The notes beneath the pieces are model-generated. The model was given only the letters and a program-made list of their open reading frames with translations. It was not told where the DNA came from and made no database searches. A stretch of DNA of 62,968 nucleotides, the filler included, from Callorhinchus milii (Eukaryota): assembly GCF_018977255.1 (NCBI RefSeq). It is 4 parts of 4 records of this genome, joined end to end, with 100 filler letters (N's around TTAATTAATTAA, not from the genome) between each part and the next. Parts side by side here need not be neighbours in the genome. Positions count along the whole stretch, not along the records: positions 17,949 to 38,269 come from NW_024704856.1; positions 38,370 to 44,792 come from NW_024704873.1; 2 more parts are not named here. One strand, 5' to 3'. This document shows, one piece after another, positions 27,082 to 39,465 of the stretch (positions are counted from its first letter, which is position 1; the number at the start of each line of letters is the position of its first letter). Both the position numbers and the translations under genes were made by a program.

Positions 27082-29738
27082 TTACTTAAATAGTTTAAAT
27101 ATGTGTTTAAACGGATAGATCACGAGATATTTGACATCCTTTCTGAACTTAGATTGTGTTAAAGCGTAAATGACGGTGTTTGTGCAGCAACTTAAAACCT
27201 TAAGCATGTCTGTCACATGTTGGACAACATACACTGGGTCTCTGTAACTTTGGTAGAAATATTTGTCTAACGTTCGTGATAATATGAAATCTAAAACATA
27301 CATCAGCCATAACACGATGAAGCTGCCGGATATGGCGAAGAGTAGGATGATGGATTTTCTTCGATTCTCCATCTCTGCATCGTTGCCACTATTACTTTTC
27401 TGGTGCAGGAGATTTCTGCGGATTCTGTTGGCGGCTAAAATGTGTCTGACTGTCACCACGTTCATCAGCAAAATCAGAAAGAATGGAACAAACGGGGTTA
27501 TTATTGTGTCAAACCAATGATATACAATCCATGTGGCAGAGGTGTAGTAAGCCTCTTTGTACTGGCAATACCAAGGCACATTGTTCAGTATCTCACTGGG
27601 CTCATACATAAAGTACCAGGGAATGCTGATGAAACAGCTCAGAGAAGATATCACTCCAACAACCACGGCTGCTGTCCTCTCGCTGCAATAACTTGCTTTC
27701 AGTTCACAACAGATGGCGACCAGGCGATCAAAGGTGAAAGCCACTGTGAACCAGACTGACATGTGTGTCACCGCCGACTTCAGCACCAATCTGAGTGAAC
27801 ACACGGGAGTGATGTCCAGAAATGTGTAATCGAAATAAAGAGAATGTATTGCGTTCAAAACCACATCGTTGATGGCGAACAGGATATCGGCCACTGCCAT
27901 GGCCACCAGGTAGAAGGTGATACCTTTTGAGAGCCCACACTTTCCCCGGGACAGGACCACAATGGCCAACAGATTCCCTGTGAGATAAAGGAGCAGCAAA
28001 CAAACATATTTACTGCGAGCTGCGTAAATTGATGTTATTTTGCTCAAACTTCATTCACAGAGCAGTGTCCCAAAAACACGCATGGATTGAAGGGTTCATT
28101 TTCAAAATATTGTGAAGTCATTATTAAGGAATATTGAAGTGATCAAACACTACTAACTCTTTTGTCAGGCGACTGTGCTAACAATTGAGCTACAGATATG
28201 ATTTAACCAATGAACTGCACAATAAAGAAAACCGAATCATATGTAAGATGCTGAACCTCATTCACTCTCTGTCGCCTGTCGAGTTACACATGAAAGATCT
28301 CCTCTTTCACTTCCAGAAAATAGAATAAAACTTCTCAAAATATTCTGGATATGTTCTCTAAATAAACATTGGAGCTTCAAATATTCGTTACTCTTCTGTG
28401 GTTAGAATCATGTCACCATCTGATAGGAATTGGTCAAGCAAATACACTGAATATAATCTGAAAGTTGTGGATCATAATGAACATAAATGTGTGTTCCCTC
28501 AGATGCGAAAATGAATCTGAACCTCCCTCCTCTTATTTAAGACGACGTTCAAAATTCCTCTGCCTTGTTATCCTTAGAATGCGCATCACGCACAACATAG
28601 TACAGACTAAAATCAAAATAAGTAATAATAATAATAATAATCCTTGCATTTGACATAGCGCTTTTCACGGCGGGAGGACGTCCCAAAGCGCTTCACAGAA
28701 CACACTGCAAAGCGAATTGACTGTATATTTGTGGGCGAACGCGGCAGCCAATTGCGCACAGCAATGTTCCACAAAGAATGTTAGATTGAAAATGACCAAT
28801 TTATTATTGTTTTGCTTTTTTGGAGGGATTATTATTAGGCGTGTGGAGTAAGGAAACTTGCCCAAGGTTTCGCCCTGTCTGGAATTGAACTCAGGTCTCT
28901 CGCTTGGAAAGCCAGTGCTCTAACCACTGAGCTACAGGACTCCACAAAGTGAAGGAATTAATCGTGCTGTTTATGGTCAGACACCGACAAATTCGTGATT
29001 CTGCAAAGATTTTCTCCCTGGTCTCAACAGTTCCTTCATTCACAACATCCAACTCATTCAAAACAATTCCAACCAAGTCCACACTGCCACAATCTCCGCA
29101 CTTCCATCACTCCACAACCCGTCAGGATTGACTGCCTGATTGTCACAATAAACATTGATTTCAAGATTCATAATACATGTACAAACCATTCCTTGTCATG
29201 GCGTCTCTCCCTCTCTCAACCTACTGACAGACCTAGCATATCCAGCCTCTGATTCGCTCATCTGCTCAGCATTCCCCCACCTCCAGACATTCTGACAGCC
29301 AATGAGTCCTGAAACACTGGACCCTCAATAACTCCATCTCACGCTCTTTCGAGCGACCGTCAGATCAGACCTCAAGATATTCTTCTTGGACTGTGCCTAC
29401 GGTCACCATTGCAACACGCGTCGTAGCGAGCAGACCCTCAAAGAAGAAGGAACACGCTATCAGTCTCACAGCGAAAGTGGAGAGGGTTTTGCAAACGACA
29501 ATATCTTATCTTTATAGAGACATCAAAAAGGACATCAGCGGAACAGGAGTCACAGCTGGAAGAGAAGAAGTAGATGTGTGTGCCATGCGCAAATTTGTCG
29601 TACATCAATAGAAGTAAAATGTGTATCTAGCTAATTACCTGTAATACCAATAGCTGCAAGAATAGGATAATAAACTATCATTATCCGAAAAAGCGTTGGC
29701 AGAAACTGCCACGGAACGTAGGCTAAAGCTCTCAACAT
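27082..29738 (-). CDS. Complete two-exon GPR139/GPR142-like orphan GPCR (331 aa)
   Basis: Exon 1 at 29639-29738 (MLRALAYVPWQFLPTLFRIMIVYYPILAAIGIT, G|gtaatt); exon 2 at 27082-27977 (ctcacag|GG AAT CTG...). Phases match; total 996 nt. TFDRLVAI and SCCTNTVIY motifs. Confidence 0.92.
28620..28942 (-). mobile_element. tRNA-derived SINE in the GPCR intron
   Basis: Full family copy in reverse orientation with (ATT)n tail. Confidence 0.88.
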
Positions 29739-29789
29739 TGTCTAACACCAGCGGATAGACTGTCAGTGCTGGACACTCAAAGCTGCCAG

Positions 29790-29800
29790 TCTTTATATCC
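29790..29800 (-). promoter_or_regulatory. TATA box of the minus-strand GPCR
   Basis: GATATAAAG on the minus strand about 55 nt upstream of the ATG at 29738. Confidence 0.55.
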
Positions 29801-30910
29801 CAGAACTGTCTCCACTGGGAATAGGCTACTTGCACAAATGATTGTGAAACACCAATGTTTCTCTTCGGGCACGAACTGCTGACTGGATTCCTTGGGGGAG
29901 GTAAGCAGGATCGCATGGGGGCTGAGCCAGCTTTAAGGTGACGTGTTCAACAACAGAATGCTGGAAAGATATCTAACCCATGTAGTGGTCAGGGTGTGTC
30001 GGTGTCTGAGTCAGGCCAGTTACATGTTGCATTAAATGACTGTGATTGTGGGTTGTGATCAGAGCGCATGAATGGCGGCTGAGGTCACTGTTATTAAACG
30101 TTTTTTTTTAGCAATCTCGTGGGTTGGGTATAAAGAAAGTGTTGGTCTTGTCCTGGCCCAATATGCACCACAATTTATTGTTCTTACCCAGTGAGAGTGA
30201 AACCAATAATTTCCCACACTATGAGAGTGGGTGAATCTATTGCGCAATCTGTCTGTATGCTGAATCAAATAATGTTTTTTCATAAGAGAAATCTATGAGA
30301 TCCGTGTTTCAAAAAAACAACACTCGCTGCTTCAATCGTCTGATTCCCTCGGGTGCATTTTCCACAGATTAACTATTCGCTGACTGAAATAATAGTTGCG
30401 TAAACTTATTCTGAATTTCACCATTTAGATTTCTAAAGACAGCAATCATGTCGCCTCCCAAACATATCTTTTGCGTTGTGAACATGGCCAATACACTACG
30501 TCATAACTCACAGTCCAGGACCTCCATTCACTGAATCATTTTTTTTGCTCACCTCTATATCTAATAGCTGAGGTCATCAGCACACGTTGCGCTGTGTGTA
30601 CACATTCTGTCCATCCTTTGCCTCCTATTGTGTGCCCAGCGATGCAACAGCTAATCTTCTCGGGTTTGGCAAGAAGGACAGTTGCAAAATTCTTTGCCAG
30701 ATGCTGCCCTTATTGACCTGCTTTGAAGTTTTTACTCCAGCCGAGCTCAATCATTCAGTGTGTTTTGACTGCTCTGGACTGCTCAGAGATTTGTACGGTC
30801 TTCAGTCAGATGGCCACCAAACATCAGATAACTAAAACGAACCATTTACTGAACAGGCCCACAGCCCTGGTATCATTCTGGTACATCTCCTCTGTTTCCT
30901 TTCCAACACA

Positions 30911-31732
30911 TTATTATCATTCCTAATGTGAGAACTTGCAGATCTGCAAACAATGCTGCAGGTGCAATCTGTCCAATGATATGCATACATGTGCCATTGC
31001 CAGATAACTTAATAATAATAATCCTTGCATTTGATATAGCGCTTTTCACGTCGGGAGGACGTCCCAAAGCGCTTCACAGAATACACTGTAAAGTGAGTTG
31101 ACTGTATATTTGTGGGCGAACGCGGCAGCCAATTGCGCACAGCAATGTCCCACAAACAGTCATAGATTGAAAATGACCAATTTAATTATTGTTTTTGTTT
31201 TTTGGAGGGATTATTATTAGGCTTGTGGAGTAAGGAAACTTGCCCAAGGTTTCGCCCTGCCTGGAATTTGTGCTAACTATGGTTCTACCTAAAAAGCCCT
31301 GTACACTGGCAGCTTTTACATAGATATTTAGACACGCATTTATGGGAAGGTTACACGACGTGGCACTTTCAATTTATTAGTTATTACCAGCCATGTTCCG
31401 TTCCTCTTCTGCAGCTAGGAAGGCACAGCCCGTTTTGTTAATATATTGAATATTTAATATATATCGATCAGAATTAGCAGTGGTCCCAGTACAGACAAAT
31501 GGAGAACACCACTGCAGACTTCCCTCCATACTGAAATTGCCACCAAGTATATCCTTTCCATCAATGGGTATCGAAATATCTGTCTAAAAGCTGCCAATGT
31601 AATGGGTTTTATAGTTTGAACCAGAGTGTGCACAAGTCAACTGACAATGGCACATGTGTGCATATCATTCGATAGATTGCACCTGCAGCATTGTTTGCAT
31701 ATCTGCAAGTCCTCATATTAGGAATGATAATA
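30911..31732. repeat. About 100-bp inverted repeat arms (30911-31009 / 31637-31732)
   Basis: ttattatcattcctaatgtgagaacttgcagatctgcaaacaatgctgcaggtgcaatc... recurs as its reverse complement with few mismatches. Confidence 0.85.
31010..31268 (-). mobile_element. tRNA-derived SINE, head truncated
   Basis: Family body and tail in reverse orientation. Confidence 0.85.
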
Positions 31733-31739
31733 ACCGTTC

Positions 31740-32620
31740 ACCTCTACACTGTGCTTTCAGTAACCGAGACAATTCTGTTTCCAAGCTGCCACCGTCCCTT
31801 TAAAATCGTGGGCTTCTATTTTGGTTACAAGTGTCTTATATGATACGATCTAATATTTTTAAAATGCATAACAATACCAACTGGAGAACCTTACTCCACC
31901 CTCTCCGTTACTTCATAAAAAAACTGTATCCAGTTTGTTAGACCGTATTGACTGTTCTATATTATACCATAATTTTCTAAGTGGAAATGTATTTTGTCTC
32001 GGATTGCAGTCTCCATAGTTTTCTCCAGGAATGAAGTGAGTTTGACTGGCCTATAATTATCGGTTTTATCGTTCTGCCGCATTTTGTACAGTGGACTAAC
32101 ACTTACATCACTTCCGACATCTGGCAGCACACTGGTGTCCAAAGAGCTTTAAGAGATTTTTCCCGGAGCCTCCGATATTTCACCACTTATTTCCTTCAGT
32201 AAACTAGGATTCATCCCGTCCGGTCCGGGTTTCCTATCTACCCTGAGCATCGATTGATTTGTAGTAATTTCTCTCGGTAATTCTTGAACAAAACAATTTC
32301 TCTGCTCTCTTATTCGATACTGTGGCATTGGCTGCATCCTCATCTTCTGTGACCACGAGAGAAACATCTGTCTATTCCTTTGAAGGGTTTGTCCCCAATG
32401 ACAGTTGCATTGAAACTCTTCTCGGTGTCCCACTGAGCATCCGTTTGCCATTGGCTCCTCTCCACAGAGTTGTCCTCTCCCTGACCGGACATGTGTGATA
32501 ATGACACACATTCATGTGAATTCTGCACTGCCCGTCCCCTCTTCCTACCACATGCACAGGTACTCTCTCTAAGCGCTCTGTGGCTGTGGGATGACAACCT
32601 CCTGAAACGTTAGGTCCATG
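31740..32620 (-). mobile_element. Old, internally deleted CR1 LINE (ORF1 esterase-like and RT remnants)
   Basis: KPGPDGMNPSLLKEISGEISEAP and NYRPVKLTSFLEKTME are CR1 RT-proximal motifs; ATVIGDKPFKGIDRCF resembles the CR1 ORF1 SGNH segment (VIGDS..RGTDR). Confidence 0.75.
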
Positions 32621-32684
32621 AACACACAGAGTCACTCATTCCTTTACTGTCTCTCACCCACATTCACTCTGCCTCTCTACAATG

Positions 32685-32790
32685 GAGAGAGTGAGAGAGA
32701 GAGAAAGAGAGAGTATGAGAGACACACAGAGAGAGTGAGATAATGAATGTGAGAGACAGAGAGAGAGTGTAAAATTCTGAGAGAAAGTGT

Positions 32791-32845
<55 letters not shown>
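32685..32845. repeat. (GA)n microsatellite
   Basis: Long pure GA run at 32793-32843 with a degenerate flank. Confidence 0.95.
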
Positions 32846-32849
<4 letters not shown>

Positions 32850-33309
32850 CATGACGTGGTGTAAAAGTCTATCATGTCGGCTGGACGTCCAAGGCCGCAA
32901 AACAGACAGAGATTCCGAGTTAGTTCGCAGTTTCTCATCAACAAACAAACAAACAAACTGCGTTTATTTCTCCTCCTTCACGGAGGGTTGGGGCTCGGAG
33001 CTTCTCCTCAGTGTTGGCTTATAATTGACCAATCCATTTTCAATCATTTTCGTGTGCTTTTGTCAGTAAACAGTTTCGCACTGAATCCCATGACATTAAT
33101 TGTGTTGCTCAGTCCCTAGGTCTGGTTATCACCATCTAACGCCAGAGAGCGGTCAGACACAGACAGCAATTCATTGCTTCTGCATCTCTCCAGGTGGCTG
33201 TTGTGGATTTGAGGGAAATAATCATTTGCTGTGATTTAGTCTGGGTTCAAATTACAAATAAAGAGGGTGGTGTTGTACTGTGTAACTGCTCACAATGTTC
33301 TGAGTAATT

Positions 33310-33540
33310 ATACTATTTATAATAATTCGGCATTTGACATTGCGCTGTTCACGTCTTGCAGACGCCTCAAAGCGCTTGTTGAGTCAACACCCTTCTCCTT
33401 CTTGAGGGGAGGTGACCAGTGTCTTCCTGGAGCTGATCTGGAGCTCGGCAACAAATGTGGAATGGAGCCATTCCTGCGTGATGGTCACTCGGGTGGACAC
33501 TGTGATCTCTGCCTGTCCCGGGCTGTGTGTGTGTGTGTGT

Positions 33541-33581
<41 letters not shown>

Positions 33582-35945
33582 CTCTGTGTGTTTTTCTGTG
33601 CCTGTGTGTGTGTGTGTTTGTGTGTGTGTCAGTGTGTGTATTACTGTGACAGTGTTTGTGTGTGTGTCGTGTGTTTCTGTGTGTGTCTGTTTGTTTCTGT
33701 GTGTGTTTGTGTCTGCGTTTCTGTGTCTGTGTGCCTGTGTCTGCGTCTGTGCCTGTCATCTGTCTGTCTCTGCATCTGTCTGCGTTGATGCTCGTGTGTA
33801 TCGCTGTCTGTGTCTGTATGTTTGTACTTTTGTGTGTGTGTGTGCGTGTCTCTCTCTCTGTGTGTATATGTGTGTGACTGTGTGTGGTTGTGTGTCTAAC
33901 CCCCTGAGCTACAGGACACTTTACAAAGACACTTTGCATTGAATCCTGCAAAAACTGAGTCACGACACTATCCCGTGAAGCGCATTGAGACGTCTCAAAG
34001 TCCTGATAAGGCGCTGGGATAAAGACAATTATTATTGTTATTGTTGTTACAAAAAGACTTTTGAATCGCCCGAAAAAACACGTCTCCCCTTTAAGAAGAG
34101 GGCGGACTCGCTTTAAATCAAAATACTGTCTGCAGTTTTATATAATTTTTTTGATGGATTTTTTTGATAGTGATTGATATTCCAATTATGAATATTTTTA
34201 TTGTGCAAATAGAAATTAAATTATTGGCAAAATAAATTTGCTTGATTCCAAATCCGTCATTTCTACCCTTGGAAATAAGAGATTTTCTACAACAGTCGTG
34301 ATAGAAATCAGGTAATACCTGTCTAAGGCTGATTCAATGTGTTAATCATAACTTAAGGCTGATTAAGTTTGCAAAAGACTTTGCTGAATTATTTTGCTTT
34401 CCTTCAAGCGTGTGAGTGTGTCAGAAGACTACAATTGTTTTATATACTGCAATTATATTCTTATATTTACATAATATATAATATTAAAATTATTTCTATT
34501 TTTATACTGTGTTTGTACAGGAGAGACATCGGGAGAGGCTGTGTGTGTGTGGGAGATATTGGAAGAGGCTGTTTGTACAGGAGAAAGATTGGGAGAGCTG
34601 TGTGTATACAGGCAGGACACTGGCAGTGGCTGTGTATTTACAGGGGAGTCAGTGGAAGAGGTTGGTTTATACAGTGGAAGACACGGGAAGAGGCTACGTG
34701 TACAGGAGAAACACTGGGAGAGGCTGTGTGTATACAAGAGAGACAGCGGGAGAGGTAGGTGTGAAGGTGTGTAGTTTCTCCATTACATTGTGTGTAAAAG
34801 AGAAACGCTGGGAGAGGTTGTGTGTACACAACCGGAGGCACTGGAAGTGGCTGTTTATACAGAAGAGACCCACAGAGAGTCTGTGTGTATACAGGAGAAA
34901 CACTGGGAGCGGTTGGGTGTATAAATGCAAATAATGATCCATCAAGAAAAAAAAATGGTAATTTGATCGCTCAATCCATGACTGTTTGTGGGTCGCTGCT
35001 GTGCGAAATTGGCTGCCGCGTTTCATCCACATATGTACAGTCAAATCACTTGACAGCATATTCTGTAAAGCGCTTTGAGACGTCTAGAAGATGTGAAAAG
35101 GCACTGGATGAAATGCAAGAATTATTATTATTTTTATTATTATTATTGCTACAGAGTGAAGTCCATTTCTAGCCCCGCCTAAAACCCTGCAGCACCACTT
35201 TACTGCCACCAGATAGCGAGGCTGCACAGTGTAACTTCCCACAGTATTCTCAGTACACCTAATAAAAATATTAATAATCTTGACATTCGATATTGCGCAG
35301 TTCACGTCTTACAGACTCCGCAAAGCGCGCGTTTAGTAAAAAAATCCCTTCTACTCTTTGAGGGAAGGTGAACAGTGTATCCCTCGAGTTGATCTGGAGG
35401 TTGGCAACCAATGTGGGAATCAAGCCAGTCTTGTGTGATGGACACGGGTGGACATTGCGATTTCTGCCTGTCCCGGGCTGTGTGTTTGTGTTTCTGTGTG
35501 TGTCTATGTGTATATATGTGTTTGTCTCTCTGTGTCTGTTTGTCTCTGTGTCTATGTGTTTCTGTTTCTGTGTATGAGTGTCTCTGACGATATGTGTATC
35601 GGGTGTGTCTTTGTGTGTGCCTGTGCGAGCTTGCTTTCGTGTTTGTGTGTCTTGGTGTATCTGTGGGTTGAGCGGAAACTTGCAAAAGGTTTCGCCCCCA
35701 CTTGGGGATTGACCCCCTGCCTCTGGCTTGCGAGGCGAGGGCTCTAATCACTGAGCTACAGGACCTGTTGCAGTGACAGTTTACGGTGTATCCTGTGAAG
35801 CGCTTTGAGTCGTTCCGAAGACGTGATAACACTCTGTGTCAAATACAAGGCTTACTATCATTATTATAAAAAGGGCTCTAACCCCCAAACACTCCTCTCC
35901 CTTTCAAGGCAGTGACGGCCTCGCTTTAAATCCCAAATATGGTCA
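33310..35945. repeat. Direct duplication of a SINE-tail / unique / (TG)n / SINE block (33310-34130 and 35270-35945)
   Basis: Shared gatctggag..ggcaac.aatgtgg...gggtggaca..g.gat.tctgcctgtcccgggctgtgtg and ctcgctttaaatc segments in the same order. Confidence 0.75.
34505..34925. repeat. Degenerate minisatellite, about 30-35 bp unit (gtatacaggagaaacactgggagaggctgtgt)
   Basis: Roughly ten diverged tandem copies are visible. Confidence 0.8.
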
Positions 35946-35964
35946 ACAGATCAAAATCCTGCAC

Positions 35965-36155
35965 TGGCCACGTGAACGAACCCAGCCCCGCCCCCGCCCG
36001 CGAACTCAGCCCCGCCCCAAACCCAGACACGCCCCCAGTTCCGGACCCGCCCCAAACCCAGCCCGCCCCTATTTGTCTCCTGTTTGTAGCAAAGCCTCCA
36101 GCGGCTGATTGATAGAGAGAGAGTGAGTGAGAGAGACAGAAAGTGAAGTGAGTGT
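35965..36155. promoter_or_regulatory. GC-box cluster, candidate promoter
   Basis: Several CCCGCCC/ACGCCC boxes within about 90 bp, a CACGTG at 35969, and IRF-site-like GAAAGTGAAGT at about 36139. Confidence 0.45.
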
Positions 36156-36858
36156 GAGAGAGAGGGAGACAGTTAATGCAAAAAGCGATTTATATACTTG
36201 GGATTAGAGCAGAATTGGGAATATTTTGCACCGATGCACTTTAAACCCCGAGGATCTAGGGGAATTTACACCCGTTTCCCGTGTTAATCCCCGGCTGTGG
36301 GATTAAAATCAAAACCCAAAATTAATGCAAAACCGTATTTATATCATTTTGATTAATGCAAACATTGGGGTTTATTAAACTATTGCACTTGGAACACCGC
36401 GTATATGGGGGCTTTAAAAACGTTTCCCGTGTTGTACACAGAGAGCGCTTTATTATTTAAACAGAAAGTCAATGATAAATCCCATGGGTATCATTGGGAT
36501 TAATGCAGATTTAGAAAGCCTGGGATAGGCTTTGAGACGTCTGGCAGAAGTGATGAGGTGCTGTGTGCAATACGGGGATTATTATTGTCGAGATCAGGAG
36601 CTGAAAACTCCAGCCTGATGGTCGTTGTGTCACAGATGACTTACTTTAGACTTTTCTCTGTGCAAATTAGTTCTATATTCGCTCACAAACACAACCGTCG
36701 CTTCATAGTCGATTCCGAGAAAGGATTGTGCCGCGGTCCCAGTGTGAAAGGTGTAGTGTAAACTATACGCTTTATTGTATAACGACACAGATTATAAAAG
36801 GTTCAGCCTGGTGGCCATCACAGCCAAACACAGGTCATGGCTGAGGGTTTCCTCCTTA

Positions 36859-37403
36859 TTAACCTGTCAACCGACAAATCCTCAGAGGGTCAGAGTTTTT
36901 GCCGCCGTCATTCAAAGCGGGACTGAAGTAAGGATAAAGTTTCTCAGTGAAAGTTTGTGTGAAAGTGTGGAAATGAGACATGGTATCAGCGTTGTAAAAC
37001 GTCACCTGTCCCCCTTCACAATCCAGGTAAACTCCCAGCTTCCCGGGTTTCTCTCTCAGGGGCAGGCGGGTGGGAAATGAGGTACCAGCTTTATATTCAT
37101 TCCCGTTTCTCAGATACACAACCCAGTATCCGTTCTCTGGTGCATAAGTGATCTCTCCTTTCCTGTTAACAGACTCTCTGGCCAATCCCACTGTCCACTC
37201 AGTCTTGTTGGCCACCTGCACCTCCCAGTAATGTCTCCCTGATGTGAAGCCCTCAGACCCCAGGACACCGGGACAGTGATCAAATCTCTTCGGGGAGACA
37301 GGGAGCTGCTGCCAAATGTCTCCGTGTCTCACGCTGGTCAGGTCCTCAGACAGGATGAGGTAGGGACTCGCTGTGTCAGGATCGAAGTTCAGAGAGATCG
37401 GAG
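36859..37403 (-). CDS. Terminal PRY-SPRY (B30.2) exon of a TRIM-family E3 ligase-like gene; upstream exons not in contig
   Basis: Acceptor tctctctcag|[84 protein letters not shown]; stop TAA; AATAAA on the minus strand at 36771-36776. Confidence 0.93.
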
Positions 37404-37504
37404 CTGAGAGAGAGACACAACACAAAGTGGAGTGAGTGAACGTTTGGGAGCTCAAACTGTGTGTGAACACATTTACACCTGGGGCAACAATCTTGCTAAG
37501 AGGG

Positions 37505-38269
37505 TCAGAGTCGTGTGAGGGTTGTGGAGTGTGTGTGTGGGGGTTTGTGTGAGTGTGTGTGTTGGGAGGGTGTGTGAGCGGTTTTATGAAGGTGTGTGTG
37601 GGAGGCTGTGTGAGGGAATGTGTGAGATTCTGCGCGAGGGTGTGTGTGAGTGGATGTGTGTGCGAATAATTGTGAGGGTGTGCGTGAGTGGATGTGTAAG
37701 GGTGAGCGTGTCAGCAGGGTGTTTGTAGGTGTTTGTGAGGGTGTGTGTTTGAGGGATGTGAGTTTGTGCGACGGTGTGTGCAAGGTTGTTTGTGAGGGTG
37801 TGTGTGATCGGTTAGGTGGGAATCTGTGTGTGAGAGTTGCGTGTGATGGTGTGTGTGAGTGTTTGTTTGAGAGATTGTGTCATGATCTGTGTGAGGGGAT
37901 GTGTGAGGGGAAATGTGAGGACGTGTGTGATTGTGTGTGAGTGTGTGTGCGAAGGGGTTTTAGAGGGTTTGTGAGGTGTGGGTGTGAGGGTTTTGCCTGA
38001 GTGTCTGTTTGAGGGTTTGTGAGGCTGTGTGTGTGGGCGTGTGAGAGTGGTTTGTGAGGGTCTGTGTGGGGATGTGTGTGAGGGTTTGTGTGTGAATGGT
38101 TATGTGAAGACGTGTGGGAGGGTTTTTGTGATGGTTTGTGTGAGGTGGTCCCTGAGGGCGTATATGCGCGTGAGTGTCTGAGGTGGAGTGAGAGGGATTG
38201 TATGAGGGTGTGTGTCAAGCTACGTGTGAGGTTGTGTGTGAGGTGTGTCTGTGAGTGTGTTTGGAGGCG
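37505..38269. repeat. Degenerate (TG)n / TGTGAGGG low-complexity tract
   Basis: Seen directly; runs to the contig end. Confidence 0.9.
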
Positions 38270-38369
38270 NNNNNNNNNNNNNNNNNNNNNNNNNNNNNNN
38301 NNNNNNNNNNNNNTTAATTAATTAANNNNNNNNNNNNNNNNNNNNNNNNNNNNNNNNNNNNNNNNNNNN
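38270..38369. other. Artificial contig-joining spacer
   Basis: N44-TTAATTAATTAA-N44. Confidence 0.98.
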
Positions 38370-38602
38370 CCCCTGGCCACGCCCCCTTCCAGAACCCTTG
38401 TGGGGACTCTGGATCCCCATCACATGATCCTCTCACCCCGACTGGTCACGTGCACTCCCGGGATCACCTCGTCACGTCCTGACGTGACCCCCTTCTCAGC
38501 GACACCCGGGCTCCACCCTTACAGTACCTACCCTCACACGGCACTTTCTCTGCACCACAGTAGTCCCCTCGAGGCCACCACATATATAGGACAAATATTG
38601 AA

Positions 38603-39465
38603 TGTTGACCGTGATCAAAATTATATAAATAGGCACAGAAGAGCAGTTTAGAGAGCTTCTCGAAACGTAATAATGAAATCCACAAACCTATGTGCCGAAA
38701 AAGAGAATGTTCAATCGGTGGATATTACCTGTTTTGGCATGGATCAGAAAGATGAACATTAACAAGAAAAATAGAACAAGTGGAAAGGGAAAAAAGTGTG
38801 CAAAGACACGTGAAATGTTGAATGCATGGAATTGCAATGCGATACAAGTGTAGTGGTGATAACTACTCGCTGTTCGCAAGCTGTGAGAGAGCAGTTGGTA
38901 AACAAGGTTTTCCCGCTCAATCAAACAGTTAGGGTCAAATGGGGTGAGGTAGGATCCAAACGCCAGATTGGTAAGAACCAATTGGAGGGGTCCAAGAGGT
39001 GGCCGGGGATTGGTTAACCCGGCCACGAACAGGTATAAAGCTGGAGCGCTGAGAGCTCTTGGTTAGTTTTGCTATACCAAGACCCAAGTCGGCTGAAGAC
39101 AGCTAGGACCCTGGACCAAGCCTTCCAGCCCTTTTCAGGTCTGGGGCTCAGTGTAACCAGTGGTCAGGGGAGATAGGTCCTGGATAGGGCCCTGGCTCCC
39201 AGCCTTCCTGCCCTTGTGAGGGCGAAGGTCCTGAGCGACCAGAGGTCGGGGACCCACCGGGCCAGCGGCGGGTCAGTGTGCCTCCCCTAGGTCCCAGCCG
39301 GAGGACGCTAGGCTAGCGGGGGAGATAGCCAGCAAGTCCGGAGTCTGTAACTCCTCAGGATAGCGGGTACGGGGACCGTATACCCCTTGTGTTAGGTCTA
39401 GTAAGTATTGGTGAATAAAAGCGTGTGGCCTCTAAGAAGTCTCCGTCTCCTGCAAGAACATTACA
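38603..39465 (+). mobile_element. Probable solo LTR
   Basis: TG...CA-type ends, TATA-like GTATAAA at about 39033, AATAAA at about 39415 followed by cgtctcctgca, which also follows AATAAA in the LTR at 41037-41558. No clear TSD. Confidence 0.5.

Noticed and set aside
27978..28047. ORF-track N-terminal extensions of the GPCRs (also 18275-18296) and of the SPRY exon (37404-37470)
   Set aside because: These are intron sequence upstream of clear splice acceptors.
33267..33963. Long Cys/Val- and His/Thr-rich ORFs (also around 25400, 35300, 37500 and 51200)
   Set aside because: Translations of (TG)n/(CA)n microsatellites.
37478..37497. Tiny exon-like ag...CCAG|gtgt upstream of the PRY-SPRY exon
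   Set aside because: Only about 17 nt with a weak donor, and no TRIM-like coding context upstream.
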